Part shown: positions 29,069 to 38,981 of the stretch, one piece after another | Numbering within the stretch: position 1 is the first letter of the stretch | How the letters are laid out: each line of letters starts with the position of its first letter | DNA from: an uncultured Acidimicrobiia bacterium | Lineage (GTDB): Bacteria > Actinomycetota > Acidimicrobiia > Acidimicrobiales > AC-14 | Direction of reading: 5' to 3' | DNA: 64,000 nucleotides | Assembly (NCBI GenBank): GCA_963836205.1 | Contig: CAWIIV010000015.1 | Location: forward strand, 64,001-128,000 | The notes under the pieces: model-generated | Seen by the model: only the letters and a program-made list of their open reading frames with translations | Told to the model about the DNA's origin: nothing | Database searches by the model: none | Position numbers and translations under genes: made by a program

Positions 29069-29655
29069 TGTGACCCCTTGCCCGCCCGCAGCGCCTGCAA
29101 CCCCTGGGGGATGTACAGGAGGAAGGCGTACCAGCCGGCGAGGAGGCCGGCCACCGAGACCGCCCACGCCACCGCATGGGCCAGGCCGTGGCCGTCGCCC
29201 AGGAGGAACAGGGGGAAGGCGATCATGAGCAGGAACGTGCCGGTCTTGCCCCACCAGTTGACGTCGATGCGCTTGGCGCCGAGCAGGCCGAGGACGAGGG
29301 CGAGCACGCCCACCGACACCTCCCGGATGATGGCCAGCCAGGCGATGAGCGGCGGCACCGCCCCGTAAATGAGGATCGAGATCACGCCCACGGCCAGGAG
29401 GATGCGGTCGGCGGTGGGGTCGAGGACCTTGCCCAGGGTCGACACCTGGTTGTACCGGCGGGCGATGAACCCGTCGACCCAGTCGGTGCAACCGAGTGCG
29501 GCGAGCAGCCACGCCGCCGCCAACCGGTTGTCGCGGCCGAAGAGGAGCCAGAGGAAGAGGGGCACGCACAGGAGGCGTCCGAAGGACAGGAGGTTGGGGA
29601 CGGTGAGAACCCGTCCGAGGTCGGGTTCCGCCTGGTTACGCCCCCCGCTGGTCAC
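29065..29655 (-). CDS. CDP-alcohol phosphatidyltransferase (PgsA2/cardiolipin synthase-like)
   Basis: TVPNLLSFGRL, TDWVDGFIARRYNQVSTLGKVLDPTADR. Confidence 0.9.
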   Translation of the reverse strand: MTSGGRNQAEPDLGRVLTVPNLLSFGRLLCVPLFLWLLFGRDNRLAAAWLLAALGCTDWVDGFIARRYNQVSTLGKVLDPTADRILLAVGVISILIYGAVPPLIAWLAIIREVSVGVLALVLGLLGAKRIDVNWWGKTGTFLLMIAFPLFLLGDGHGLAHAVAWAVSVAGLLAGWYAFLLYIPQGLQALRAGKGSQ

Positions 29656-29710
29656 GGAATCGAGGCTACCGGCAGGTTTGGTCGCCTCCGACCACGGGGA
29701 CGCGTGAAGG

Positions 29711-29899
29711 ATGGAACTGCTTCTCGTCCTTCTCATCGTGCTCGTGGCGGTCGCCCTCATGCGCCGAGGCGGGCCCACCTGGTACCGCCGCGCACCCCGC
29801 CGGGTCGTCTACTACGACGACACCCCCATGGTCGACGACGACCTCACCGTCGTCGACCAGCCCGTCACCCGCCGCCGCCGCGTCATCGAAGACTTCTAA
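29711..29899 (+). CDS. Small single-TM hypothetical protein (62 aa)
   Basis: Hydrophobic N-terminus, strongly GC3-biased codons, AAGG upstream. Confidence 0.6.
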   Translation: MELLLVLLIVLVAVALMRRGGPTWYRRAPRRVVYYDDTPMVDDDLTVVDQPVTRRRRVIEDF

Positions 29900-30010
29900 C
29901 CCCACCCCGCCGACCGGGCGCCGCCCCGGTGCCGACGATTGTGAACATGTCTCGGTACCCGTGGAGGGATGCTCGATGCACCCACGTCGACCACGCGGCG
30001 ACCGACTCAC

Positions 30011-30185
30011 AGAGCGATGCGACGGCACCCCGTGGAGGGGTGGCGTGGCGATGCCGAGCCACCGGCCTGTCCGGAGCGATTGGCGCCGGCACCCCCGTGG
30101 AGGTTCGTGGCGATCGGCGATGCCACCGGCCTGTCCAGAGCGATTGGCGCCGGCACCCCCGTGGAGGGGGTGTTCGTGGCGATCG
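30011..30185 (+). repeat. About 64-bp imperfect tandem repeat (2 full copies and 1 degenerate)
   Basis: GCCACCGGCCTGTCC(G/A)GAGCGATTGGCGCCGGCACCCCCGTGGAGG at 30058 and 30122; partial copy at 30011. Confidence 0.8.
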
Positions 30186-30225
30186 CTCGGGACTGGGGGC
30201 GACTGGCCTGTAGGTTGCCGCGGCC

Positions 30226-30840
30226 ATGGGGGCGGATGTGGAGACCGGGTTGGTCGTGGCCGTCGTCCTCGCGGGCGGGGCCGGGCGCCGGATGGGGGGC
30301 GTCGACAAGGCCGGGATCGTCGTCGGCGGGCGGACGTTGCTCGACCGGGTCCTCTCCGCCGCCGCCGGGGTCGCGGGCCGGCTCGTCGTGGTCGGTCCGC
30401 CCCGCGCCGTTGATTTGGAGCGGGCGGTGATCTTCGTCCAGGAGGACGTCCCCGGCGGGGGGCCGGTCCCGGCGGTCGCCGCTGCGCTCGATGCCACCGG
30501 CGGCGCCTCGGTGGTGCTCGTCCTCGCCGTCGACCTGCCAATGCTGGCCACCGTCGACCTGTCGCGTCTGGTCGGCGCCCTGGTGGCGGCCGACCCATCG
30601 GTGGGGGCGGTGGCCGCGGCTGACCCGTCGGGACGGCCCAACCCGCTGCTCGCCGCCTACCGGGCCGAGGTCCTCGCCGAAATCGAGGCCTCGCCGGGCG
30701 CCGCCGCCCGGTCCCTCCTGCCGCCGACGGTGGAGGTGGTCGACCTCGGCCCCGACGCCACCCTCAACGTCAACGCCCCCGCCGATCTGGAGCGGGCCGA
30801 GGCTCGGTTGGTACCCGACCCACCCGGCGGCGCGTGCTAG
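30226..30840 (+). CDS. mobA: Molybdenum cofactor guanylyltransferase-like NTP transferase
   Basis: VVLAGGAGRRMGGVDK, GGGPV, LAVDLP, NVNAPADL. Confidence 0.82.
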   Translation: MGADVETGLVVAVVLAGGAGRRMGGVDKAGIVVGGRTLLDRVLSAAAGVAGRLVVVGPPRAVDLERAVIFVQEDVPGGGPVPAVAAALDATGGASVVLVLAVDLPMLATVDLSRLVGALVAADPSVGAVAAADPSGRPNPLLAAYRAEVLAEIEASPGAAARSLLPPTVEVVDLGPDATLNVNAPADLERAEARLVPDPPGGAC

Positions 30841-30849
30841 GCCAAGGGC

Positions 30850-31119
30850 ATGCCCGCAAGCTTCGCCGACGACTATGCCGCCGCCCTCGGTCGAGCGGCC
30901 ATGACCGACATCGGCGTCGGGCCGGCGGAGGTCGACATCCTCCTCGACCTGGCCCGTGACGTCGCCCACGGCACCGAGCGCAAGTTCGCGCCCCTGGTGT
31001 CCTACCTCGTCGGCCAATACGTCGTCGCCCGCACCCGTGACGGGGCCACCGTGCGCCAGGCGCTCGACGAGGCGGTCGACGTGGCCAACCGCCTGCTCGG
31101 TGCGAAACTTGAGCCATGA
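30850..31119 (+). CDS. DUF6457 domain protein
   Basis: LLDLARDVAHGTERKFAPLVSYLVG; typically next to or fused with MobA. Confidence 0.82.
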   Translation: MPASFADDYAAALGRAAMTDIGVGPAEVDILLDLARDVAHGTERKFAPLVSYLVGQYVVARTRDGATVRQALDEAVDVANRLLGAKLEP

Positions 31120-31622
31120 CCGCCACTGGTACCACAGACTTCGAGGCCCGCCGCCAGGAGCTGTGCCGGACCTTCCTCAAGCCGGAGTCGGAGCGACCGA
31201 AGAGCAACGCCCGCGGCGTGCATCACCTGGCCCTGATCTGCAGCGACGTCGAGCAGACCGTCCGCTTCTACCAGGACGTGCTCGGGTTCCCCCTGGTGGA
31301 GATGTTCGAGAACCGCGATTACCCCGGGTCGACCCACTTCTTCATGGACATCGGCAACGACAACCTGCTCGCCTTCTTCGACTTCCCCGGCCTGGGCCTG
31401 GGCCAGGCCATCGAGGCCCACGGCGGGGTGCAGCACATCGCCCTGTCGGTGAGCCAGGAGGCGTTCGACCTGCTCAAGGCCCGCCTCGACGCGGCCGGCG
31501 TGGAGTACCTCGGTCCCGACCGCGGCCTCACCCGATCGATGTACCTCAAGGACCCCGACGGCATCCAGATCGAGCTCCTGGCCGAGCCCCTCCGCATCAT
31601 GGACGACCGCTACCTCGGCTGA
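31116..31622 (+). CDS. VOC (glyoxalase) family protein
   Basis: HHLAL, FYQDVLG, QHIAL, YLKDPDGIQIEL. Confidence 0.9.
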   Translation: MTATGTTDFEARRQELCRTFLKPESERPKSNARGVHHLALICSDVEQTVRFYQDVLGFPLVEMFENRDYPGSTHFFMDIGNDNLLAFFDFPGLGLGQAIEAHGGVQHIALSVSQEAFDLLKARLDAAGVEYLGPDRGLTRSMYLKDPDGIQIELLAEPLRIMDDRYLG

Positions 31623-31631
31623 CCCAACCGC

Positions 31632-31741
31632 AACCGGTGACACTTTCGGTCGTCCTGGCCCCCAGATCCGTCACCGGTTCGACGGGCGCCCGCAGCCGGT
31701 GACACTTTCGGTCGTCCTGGCCCCCAGATCCGTCACCAGTT
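31632..31741. repeat. Two tandem 48-bp REP-like palindromes (same family as 17570)
   Basis: A(A/G)CCGGTGAC-N28-GTCACC(G/A)GTT at 31632-31679 and 31694-31741. Confidence 0.85.
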
Positions 31742-31765
31742 CGCACGGGCCGGGCCGGGCGGGCC

Positions 31766-32935
31766 TCAGGCTCCTTCGGCCTCCAGGACCACGGCGATGC
31801 CCTGGCCGACGCCGACACACATGGTGGCCAGGCCGTAGCCGCCGCCCCGGCGGCGCAGCTCGTGGACCAGGGTGGTGACGATCCGGGCACCTGAGCAGCC
31901 GATGGGATGGCCGAGGGCGACGGCCCCGCCGTTGGGGTTGACCAGGGCGGGGTCGAGGTCGGGCCACTCGGCCAGGCAGGCCAGCACCTGGGCCGCGAAC
32001 GCCTCGTTCAGCTCGACGACGGCCAGGTCGCCCCACTTGAGGCCGGCCTTGGCCAGCGCCCGTTCCGACGCCTCCACCGGCCCCAGCCCGTAGAGGGGCG
32101 GGTCGATGGCCGACACCGCCCTCGCGACCACCCGGGCCAGCGGGCGCCGGCCCATGGAGGCGGCGCCGGCCTCGTCGGCCAGCAGGAGGGCGGCGGCACC
32201 GTCGCTCAGGGGGGACGAGTTGCCGGCGGTGACCGTGCCCGAGTCCCGGAAAACGGGCCGGAGGCCGGCCAGCGAGTCGGTCGACGTGTCGTTGCGGATG
32301 CACTGGTCGCGGTCGAGCTTCACGCCCGGCACGCCGACGATCTCGGCTGCCATCCGGCCCGCTTCCCATGCGGAGGTGGCCTTGAGGTGGCTTTCGAGGG
32401 CGAACTGGTCCTGGTCGTCACGGGAGATGCCGCCCTTGCGGGCCAGGATCTCCGCCCCCTCCCCGAGGGTCACCGTCCAGTCGCGGGGCATGGCCGGGTT
32501 CACCAGCCGCCAGCCGAGGGCAGTGGTCACCGGCGACTGCTCGGGGGTGACCGACACCATCGGCGCCCGGCTCATCGACTCCACCCCGCCGGCGATCCCA
32601 ATCGACGCGTCGCCGACTGCGATCGCCCGGCTGGCCTCCACCACCGCTTCCATCCCCGACCCGCACAGGCGGTTGACGGTGACGCCGGGCACCGTCACCG
32701 GCAGCCCGGCCAGGAGGACGGCCATGCGGGCCACGTCGCGGTTGTCCTCGCCCGCCTGGTTGCCCGCGCCCATCCACACGTCGTCGATCGTCGACCGGTC
32801 GAGATCAGGCACCCGCTCCACCAGGGCGGCCAGCACCACCGCGGCCAGGTCGTCGGGACGAACCCCGGCGTACGCGCCTCGGTACCTCCCGATAGGAGTC
32901 CGCACTGCCTCGACGACGTACACCGCTTCGGTCAC
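31766..32935 (-). CDS. Acetyl-CoA C-acyltransferase (thiolase, PaaJ/PcaF-like)
   Basis: NQAGEDNRDVAR, NRLCGSG, NEAFA, GHPIGCSG, CVGVGQG. Confidence 0.93.
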   Translation of the reverse strand: MTEAVYVVEAVRTPIGRYRGAYAGVRPDDLAAVVLAALVERVPDLDRSTIDDVWMGAGNQAGEDNRDVARMAVLLAGLPVTVPGVTVNRLCGSGMEAVVEASRAIAVGDASIGIAGGVESMSRAPMVSVTPEQSPVTTALGWRLVNPAMPRDWTVTLGEGAEILARKGGISRDDQDQFALESHLKATSAWEAGRMAAEIVGVPGVKLDRDQCIRNDTSTDSLAGLRPVFRDSGTVTAGNSSPLSDGAAALLLADEAGAASMGRRPLARVVARAVSAIDPPLYGLGPVEASERALAKAGLKWGDLAVVELNEAFAAQVLACLAEWPDLDPALVNPNGGAVALGHPIGCSGARIVTTLVHELRRRGGGYGLATMCVGVGQGIAVVLEAEGA

Positions 32936-32996
32936 ACCACCAGAGTGGCGCACTTCCGAGGAGTAGCGGACAGCGGTGCGGGTACGGTGCCCAAAG

Positions 32997-33440
32997 ATGG
33001 ACCCGGACCGAGCACCCGCGCCCACGTCGGGACAGATGCTCCGCCGTGGGCTGACCAAGCGGTGCCCCGTCTGCGGGAGCGGTCACCTGTTCGACGGCTG
33101 GTTCCGGATGAAGGAGCGCTGCCCCCGCTGCGACTACAAGTTCGAGCGGGAAGAGGGGTTCTTCCTGGGGGCGTACACGATCAACCTGGCCATCTCGGAA
33201 GGGCTCGTGCTCCTCCTGGCCATCGTGCCCCTGATCGCCCTGCTGGGCACCGGCCGTGACGTGGACATCTGGCCCATCGTGGTGATCGGCCTGGTCGCCG
33301 CCATCCTGGCGCCGCTCGTCTTCTACCCCTTCTCCCGCACCATCTGGTCGGCGATCGACCTGGTGCTGCGCCCGCCCGAGCAGACGGAGCCGGCCGACCG
33401 CCACCACGTCCGGCCCCCGGCGACCGGCCCCGCCCGATGA
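32997..33440 (+). CDS. DUF983 domain membrane protein
   Basis: RCPVCGSGHLF...CPRC...EEGFFLGA, 2 TM helices. Confidence 0.85.
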   Translation: MDPDRAPAPTSGQMLRRGLTKRCPVCGSGHLFDGWFRMKERCPRCDYKFEREEGFFLGAYTINLAISEGLVLLLAIVPLIALLGTGRDVDIWPIVVIGLVAAILAPLVFYPFSRTIWSAIDLVLRPPEQTEPADRHHVRPPATGPAR

Positions 33441-35020
33441 GCGAACGGGTGCTGGGCGGCCGCTACCGCATCGTCAGCCACGTGGCCAAGGGAGGGATGG
33501 CCGAGGTCTTCCTGGGCCACGACCAGCTCCTCGACCGGCCGGTGGCGATCAAGGTGCTCTTCCCCGGCCTGGCCGTGGACCCGACCTTCGTGGAGCGATT
33601 CCGGCGGGAGGCCCAGGCCGCGGCCGGCCTCAACCACCACAACGTGGTCTCGGTCTACGACTTCGGGCAGGACGACGGGGCGTACTACATCGTCATGGAG
33701 TACGTCGACGGTCCCACCCTGCGCGACATCGTCCGGGGCGAGGGGCCGCTGTCTCCGGCCAAGGTCATCGAGATCGGGGCCGAGATCGGGGCGGGACTGG
33801 CCGCCGCCCACCAGGAAGGCGTCCTCCACCGGGACATGAAGCCGGCCAACGTCCTCCTGACCAAGACGGGCAGCGTGAAGGTGGCCGACTTCGGCATCGC
33901 CCGCGCCGCCCACTCGGCCCGGGAGGGACTCACCATGCCGGGGGCGGTGGTGGGCACCGCCACCTACCTGTCGCCCGAGCAGGCCCTGGGCGAGCCCCTC
34001 GACCCCCGCTCCGACGTCTACTCGATGGGCATGGTGCTCTACGAGATGCTGGCCGGCCGCACGCCATTCACCGGCGACACGCCCGTTGCGGTGGCATACA
34101 AGCAGGTCAACGAGGACCCTCCCCCGCCGTCGGTGTACAACCCCGACGTCCCGCCCACGCTCGACGCCCTCGTCATGCGCGCGCTGGCCAAGAACCCGGC
34201 CGGTCGCCAGCAGTCGGCGGAGGCGCTGCGGGCGGAGCTGCTCGACGTCCGCTTCGGCGCCGCCGGCCCGGAGCCCACCATCGTCGCGGCCGGCGCCGCC
34301 GGCCCGGAGCCCACCATCGTCGCGGCCGGCGCCGCCGCCGGCGCCGCAGCGGCGACCCCCATGGCCGACGTCACCGCCACCGCCATCGCCGGCCCGCCCA
34401 CCACGATGATGGGTCCCCCGACGGGGGTCGACGCGGGGCCGCCCCCCGGCCCGCCGCGCCCGCCCCCGACCGCGGCGGCACCGCGCCCGCGGCCGGGGCC
34501 GGGCCCCGGTCCCTCCCCCTACCGCCGGCGGCAGGTGACGGTGGTCGTGGTGGTCCTGCTGGCGGGCCTCGCCGCCATCGCCCTGGCCAGCGCCCTCGGG
34601 GGCGACGACAAGGAGGGCGCACCGGTCACGGTGCCGCCGGTGGTCGGGATGGAGGTCAACGACGCCGTCGCCGAGATCCACCGGGTCGGCCTCAGCCCCC
34701 ACACCGAGACCAAGGACGACCTCGTCGGCGAGCGCGACCACGTCGCCGAGCAGGACCCCCCCGGGGGCACGACGGCCAAGGAGGGCGACACGGTGAGGCT
34801 CTTCCTCCCCGCCGGCAGCTCGGAGACGAGCATCACGACCACGCCCACCACCGGGCCGCCGACCACGCAGGCGCCGGCTACCACCCAGGCGACGACGCCG
34901 ACCACTCAGGCCCCGGCCACCACCGCCGCCACCGCGCCGCCCACGACCGCCCCCGTGGTGACGCTCCCGCCCACCACCACCCCGGTGCCGACGACCGTGG
35001 AGCCGGTGCCCACCACCTGA
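33437..35020 (+). CDS. Ser/Thr protein kinase, PknB-like, with TM, one PASTA domain and Thr-rich tail
   Basis: [30 protein letters not shown]; duplicated [12 protein letters not shown] linker. Confidence 0.93.
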   Translation: MSERVLGGRYRIVSHVAKGGMAEVFLGHDQLLDRPVAIKVLFPGLAVDPTFVERFRREAQAAAGLNHHNVVSVYDFGQDDGAYYIVMEYVDGPTLRDIVRGEGPLSPAKVIEIGAEIGAGLAAAHQEGVLHRDMKPANVLLTKTGSVKVADFGIARAAHSAREGLTMPGAVVGTATYLSPEQALGEPLDPRSDVYSMGMVLYEMLAGRTPFTGDTPVAVAYKQVNEDPPPPSVYNPDVPPTLDALVMRALAKNPAGRQQSAEALRAELLDVRFGAAGPEPTIVAAGAAGPEPTIVAAGAAAGAAAATPMADVTATAIAGPPTTMMGPPTGVDAGPPPGPPRPPPTAAAPRPRPGPGPGPSPYRRRQVTVVVVVLLAGLAAIALASALGGDDKEGAPVTVPPVVGMEVNDAVAEIHRVGLSPHTETKDDLVGERDHVAEQDPPGGTTAKEGDTVRLFLPAGSSETSITTTPTTGPPTTQAPATTQATTPTTQAPATTAATAPPTTAPVVTLPPTTTPVPTTVEPVPTT

Positions 35021-35024
35021 CCTC

Positions 35025-36152
35025 TCAGTCGGCGGCGGCCACCACCACCTCCGTCGGCACCGGTGGCGGCGTCGTGAGCAGGGCCAGGCCGAAGCCGACC
35101 ATGCCGCTCATCACGGTGACGCCCGACCACAGCTCCACCGACCAGCCCACGGACCGGAAGGTCTCCAGCAGGGCGAAGTAGGTCAGCCACAGCACCGGCG
35201 GCACCGCCGCCGCCCATGCCCGCACCGCCCACGGGCGGTCGGGACGGGGACGGAGGCGCAGGTAGAGAACGTCGGCGACCAGGCCCGCGACCAGCGGGGC
35301 GAGGAAGCCGGGCCCGAGCTCGAACGTCTCGATGGCGGCGGTGAGGGCCCCCACCAGTCCGAAGAGGAAGGCGAACGTGCCGAAGGGCAGCGTCCACCGG
35401 CGGAGGAGGTACAGGGCGGGGGCCAACAGTATGACGGTGGTGACGAGGATGGCGGCGTAGCCCTCCAGCTGCACCTCCTCCACCAACCACGAGGCCAGGT
35501 CCTGGTCGGCGACGAAGAAGGCGGCGAAGTGGTAGGGCCCCTCGGTCATCGCCCCGGTGAGGAAGGGCGAGAAGACCATGAGGAAGAAGGCAACGCCGGC
35601 GGTGGACACCGTCGCCGACAACAGGGCCGGGAAGAAGGCGCGGAAGCCCGGCGCCCGGCTCGACGGGTCGGCCCAGGCTGAGCGGAGGGGGCTGCTCGTC
35701 ACCAGCACCCCGCCCGCGAACAGGATCAGGTGGGACGGGCTGAGCAGCGCCTCCAGGTCGATCTCGATGCCGAACACGGTGTGCCAGACCATGTCGAACA
35801 CACCGCCGGCGGCGAACAGGGCCACGCCCGCCAGGCCGAGCCCGTAGCCGACTGGGACACTCGCGGCCAGACCGAGCCCGGAGCCGGCGGCGCCCTCCGC
35901 CCGCCGCCGCTGCACCATCCAGGTCATCCACGCCGCGGTGGCGAGGAAGCCGGAATAGAACAGGGCGTGCCAGGGGGTGAAGAACGTCTCCGGCTTGTCG
36001 TTGTTGTGGGCCCAGCCGTCGACGAAGATCCCCCCGATCAGCCAGGTGGCGAAGACCATCGTGAGCAGGTCCTCCCGCCGGGTGGCGCGGGGTCGGGCAG
36101 TGGCAGCGGCGGCGGGGGGATGTCCGTCACCGACCGAGGCCGTCGAGCGCAT
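35025..36152 (-). CDS. Multi-pass membrane protein with two D-x3-H...P-x-H motifs
   Basis: About 9-10 TM helices; DGWAH...FTPWH and DMVWH...SPSH. Confidence 0.75.
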   Translation of the reverse strand: MRSTASVGDGHPPAAAATARPRATRREDLLTMVFATWLIGGIFVDGWAHNNDKPETFFTPWHALFYSGFLATAAWMTWMVQRRRAEGAAGSGLGLAASVPVGYGLGLAGVALFAAGGVFDMVWHTVFGIEIDLEALLSPSHLILFAGGVLVTSSPLRSAWADPSSRAPGFRAFFPALLSATVSTAGVAFFLMVFSPFLTGAMTEGPYHFAAFFVADQDLASWLVEEVQLEGYAAILVTTVILLAPALYLLRRWTLPFGTFAFLFGLVGALTAAIETFELGPGFLAPLVAGLVADVLYLRLRPRPDRPWAVRAWAAAVPPVLWLTYFALLETFRSVGWSVELWSGVTVMSGMVGFGLALLTTPPPVPTEVVVAAAD

Positions 36153-36188
36153 CCCCCGACGGTAGGGGTCGCGAGGGGCGGATGCCCG

Positions 36189-36431
36189 TCACCGCCCGCC
36201 GGCCGGCCCGCCGTCGAACGTCAGCAGGTCGCCCGGCTGGCAGTCCAGCGCCGCGCACAGCCCGGCCAGCGTGGAGAACCGGATGGCCCGGGCCTTTCCC
36301 GTCTTGAGGATCGACATGTTGGCCAGGGTGAGCCCGACCCGGTCGGCCAGCTCGGTGAGCGTCATCCCCCGCTCCTGGAGGAGGGCGTCGAGGTGCACCG
36401 AGATCGACGTGACGTCGCCGTCGGAGGGCAT
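36189..36431 (-). CDS. XRE/Cro HTH transcriptional regulator (YozG-like)
   Basis: GMTLTELADRVGLTLANMSILKTGKARAIRFSTL...CQPGDLL. Confidence 0.93.
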   Translation of the reverse strand: MPSDGDVTSISVHLDALLQERGMTLTELADRVGLTLANMSILKTGKARAIRFSTLAGLCAALDCQPGDLLTFDGGPAGGR

Positions 36432-36432
36432 C

Positions 36433-37008
36433 TCAGACGGTGAGCTGCTGCTCGTCGCGCAGGTCGACGCCCCGCTGCCAGATCTCGGCCAGGGCGAACA
36501 GCACCGCCGCCCAGACAAGGGGAGCGATGTCGGGGGAGGCGAAGATGTCGTCGAGGCCGAGGTGGCGCTGGATGACGACGGCGACCCCCGCCCGGGCCAC
36601 CGTCAGCAGGTAGTACCCGACGGTCAGTGCCCCGATCAGGCGGAGGCGGCGGACGTTGCTCCGTACGAAGGGGTCGCCGGCGCGGGCGGTGGCCACGATC
36701 TGGCGCAGCACGGAGGCGCCGGCAACCACCAACAGTCCGGCGGCCGGACCTACCAACCACCACAGAAGCCTGTACCCGAGCCCGATCGGGGTGGCCGTGG
36801 CCAGGCCCTCGGCCTGCTCGAGGGACACCCGAGGAGGGAGCAGCTCGCCGACCTCCTCCGTCGGCAAACCGATCGCCAGATCGGCCAGGTCGGCCGAGGT
36901 GACCGCCGCGATCAGGGCGAGCAGGGCCACCAGTCCACCCAGGGCGAGTGCGGTCAGCAGCACCATGTCGAGCATCGGCAACAGCGATCTGTCCCTCAAG
37001 CGCACCAT
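36433..37008 (-). CDS. DUF2975 domain membrane protein
   Basis: GDPFVRSNVRRLRLIG, LAEIWQRGVDLRDEQQLTV; paired with the YozG-like HTH. Confidence 0.88.
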   Translation of the reverse strand: MVRLRDRSLLPMLDMVLLTALALGGLVALLALIAAVTSADLADLAIGLPTEEVGELLPPRVSLEQAEGLATATPIGLGYRLLWWLVGPAAGLLVVAGASVLRQIVATARAGDPFVRSNVRRLRLIGALTVGYYLLTVARAGVAVVIQRHLGLDDIFASPDIAPLVWAAVLFALAEIWQRGVDLRDEQQLTV

Positions 37009-37024
37009 GTCCGTCTCCTTCCTG

Positions 37025-37055
37025 TATCGAAGAACGATAACATCGTTTTTCGATA
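37025..37055. promoter_or_regulatory. Tandem palindromic operator (ATCG-N5-CGAT x2)
   Basis: TATCGaagaaCGATA-a-CATCGtttttCGATA; AT-rich, upstream of the DUF2975/HTH operon. Confidence 0.65.
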
Positions 37056-37086
37056 AGCGGCGCACAGAGAGGGAGAATGTCCGGCG

Positions 37087-38232
37087 ATGGCGACTCCCGA
37101 GCAGGCGACGGCGGCGTTGGCGGCGGTGAGCGAGGCCGTGCTCGGGGTGGCGGGCGACCTGTCGGTCGCGACCGTCCTCCGACGGTTGGCGGAGGCGGCC
37201 CAGCAGCTGGTGGGCGCCCGCTACGCGGCCATCGGCGTCCCCGACGACGATGGCGACGGCTTCGCCCAGTTCATCCACGTGGGGATGAGCGACGAGCTGG
37301 TCGACGCGATCGGCCCCCTCCCCAGGACCCACGGGCTCCTCGGGTCGATGCTGGTCGACCCCATCCCCTACCGCACCGACGACGTGCGGGCCGATCCCCG
37401 GTTCCGTTGGTGGCCGGCGGCCCACCCCCGGATGCGGTCGTTCCTGGGCGTGCCCATCGTCTTCAAGGGCGACGTGGTGGGGGCGTTCTACCTGGCCGAC
37501 AAGGAGGCGGGCGAGCGGTTCACCGACGACGACGAGTCGCTCATCGGCCTGCTGGCGGCCCACGCCGCCATCGCCATCGAGAACGCCCGCCTCTACGAGC
37601 AGAGCCGGGAGCTGAGCATCGTCGAGGAGCGCAACCGCATCGCCCTGGAGCTGCACGACGCCACCGCCCAGACCCTGTTCGGCATCCGCCTGGCGGCCGA
37701 CACCGCCCTCGGCCTGGTGGCCACCGACCCCGACCGGGCCTCGGCCGAGCTGGCCACGGTGCGCGACCTGGCCGGCACCGCCGCCACCGAGCTGCGCTCG
37801 CTGATCTTCGCCCTGCGGCCGGCCGCCGTCGCCGCCGACGGGCTGATCGCCGCCCTCGGCAAGCACGTCGAGCTCCTCGGCCGCACCCACCGGCTGCACA
37901 TGGCCGTGCACGCCGACGGGGCCGGGCTGGCCGACCTGCCGGACGACGTCGAGGCCGACCTCTACCGGGTGGCCCAGGAGGCGCTCAACAACGTTGTCCG
38001 CCACGCGTCGGCCACTTCGGTGACCGTGACTCTCTCGTCGGCCGACGGCACGGTCACCCTCACCGTGGCCGACGACGGGGCCGGCTTCGACCCCGCCGCC
38101 CGCAGCATCCGCGCCCACCGCCTGGGCCTGACGTCGATGGCGGCCCGCACCGCCCGCCACGGCGGCACCACCCGGATCGAGTCCGCCGCCGGGAAGGGCA
38201 CCACCGTCACCGCCGAGGTCCCGCGGCCGTGA
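37087..38232 (+). CDS. GAF domain sensor histidine kinase (HisKA_3)
   Basis: GAF domain (ARYAAIGV, HPRMRSFLGVPI), ERNRIALELHD, QEALNNVVRHA, DDGAGF. Confidence 0.92.
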   Translation: MATPEQATAALAAVSEAVLGVAGDLSVATVLRRLAEAAQQLVGARYAAIGVPDDDGDGFAQFIHVGMSDELVDAIGPLPRTHGLLGSMLVDPIPYRTDDVRADPRFRWWPAAHPRMRSFLGVPIVFKGDVVGAFYLADKEAGERFTDDDESLIGLLAAHAAIAIENARLYEQSRELSIVEERNRIALELHDATAQTLFGIRLAADTALGLVATDPDRASAELATVRDLAGTAATELRSLIFALRPAAVAADGLIAALGKHVELLGRTHRLHMAVHADGAGLADLPDDVEADLYRVAQEALNNVVRHASATSVTVTLSSADGTVTLTVADDGAGFDPAARSIRAHRLGLTSMAARTARHGGTTRIESAAGKGTTVTAEVPRP

Positions 38233-38898
38233 TCCGGGTGCTCGTGGTCGACGACCACCCCATCGTCCGCCAGGGCCTGCGCTCGTTTCTCTCGAGCCGG
38301 GACGGGATCGAGGTGGTGGGCGACGCCGGCGACGGCGAGGCGGCGGTGGCGACGGTGGGCGAGCTGCGGCCCGACGTGGTGCTCATGGACCTGGTCATGC
38401 CCGGGATGGGCGGGCTGGCCGCCATCCGGGCCGTCTCCGACCTCGGCCTGGGCACTCGGATCCTGGTCCTGACCAGCTTCTCATCGGAGGACCAGGTCAT
38501 CCCCGCCATCCAGGCCGGGGCCGCCGGGTACCTCCTCAAGGACGCCTCTCCGGAGGAGGTGGAGGGGGCGGTGCGGGCGGTCCACGCGGGCGAGGGCCGG
38601 CTCGACCCGTCCCTCGCCGCGGTGGTGATGGCGGCCGCGGCCGGCGGCCACGAGCCGGGCCGACGACGACGGCCTGGCCCGGCTCACCCCCCGGGAGACC
38701 GAAGTCCTCCGCCTCCTGGGCGAGGGGCTGTCCAACCGGGCCCTGGCCGAGCGCCTGTTCGTGTCGGAGAAGACGGTGAAGACCCACGTCAGCAGCGTCC
38801 TGGCCAAGCTCGGACTCACCGATCGCACCCAGGCCGCCCTCTTCGCCGTCCACCACCGCCTGGTCGCCGACCTTCCTGGGCCGGAAAAGGGGCGCTGA
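38229..38898 (+). CDS. NarL/LuxR family response regulator (1-bp frameshift near 38658)
   Basis: REC domain VLVVDDH...LMDLVMP...GYLLK, then in another frame LTPRETEVL...SEKTVKTHVSSVLAKL; the shift is at the GGG run 38657-38659. Confidence 0.88.
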
Positions 38899-38981
38899 TA
38901 CACCTCCGACAGGGTCCCCCACTCGCTTGAGCAGGGGTCCCAGCGTGGAGTCGGCAACCCCGACCTCACAGGAGGATTCCG

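Noticed and set aside
437-29368. Many long overlapping or antisense ORFs (e.g. 2513-4879, 21230-23581, 24198-27044, 27176-29368)
   Set aside because: Shadow frames of high-GC genes: Arg/Pro/Gly-rich, no motifs, and overlapping well-supported CDSs.
30011-30185. CRISPR array (also considered for the 17570 and 31632 repeats)
   Set aside because: Only 2-3 units, spacers not unique or regular, and no cas genes.
34256-34340. 36-bp direct repeat inside the kinase gene
   Set aside because: In-frame duplication of a low-complexity linker ([12 protein letters not shown]); ordinary.
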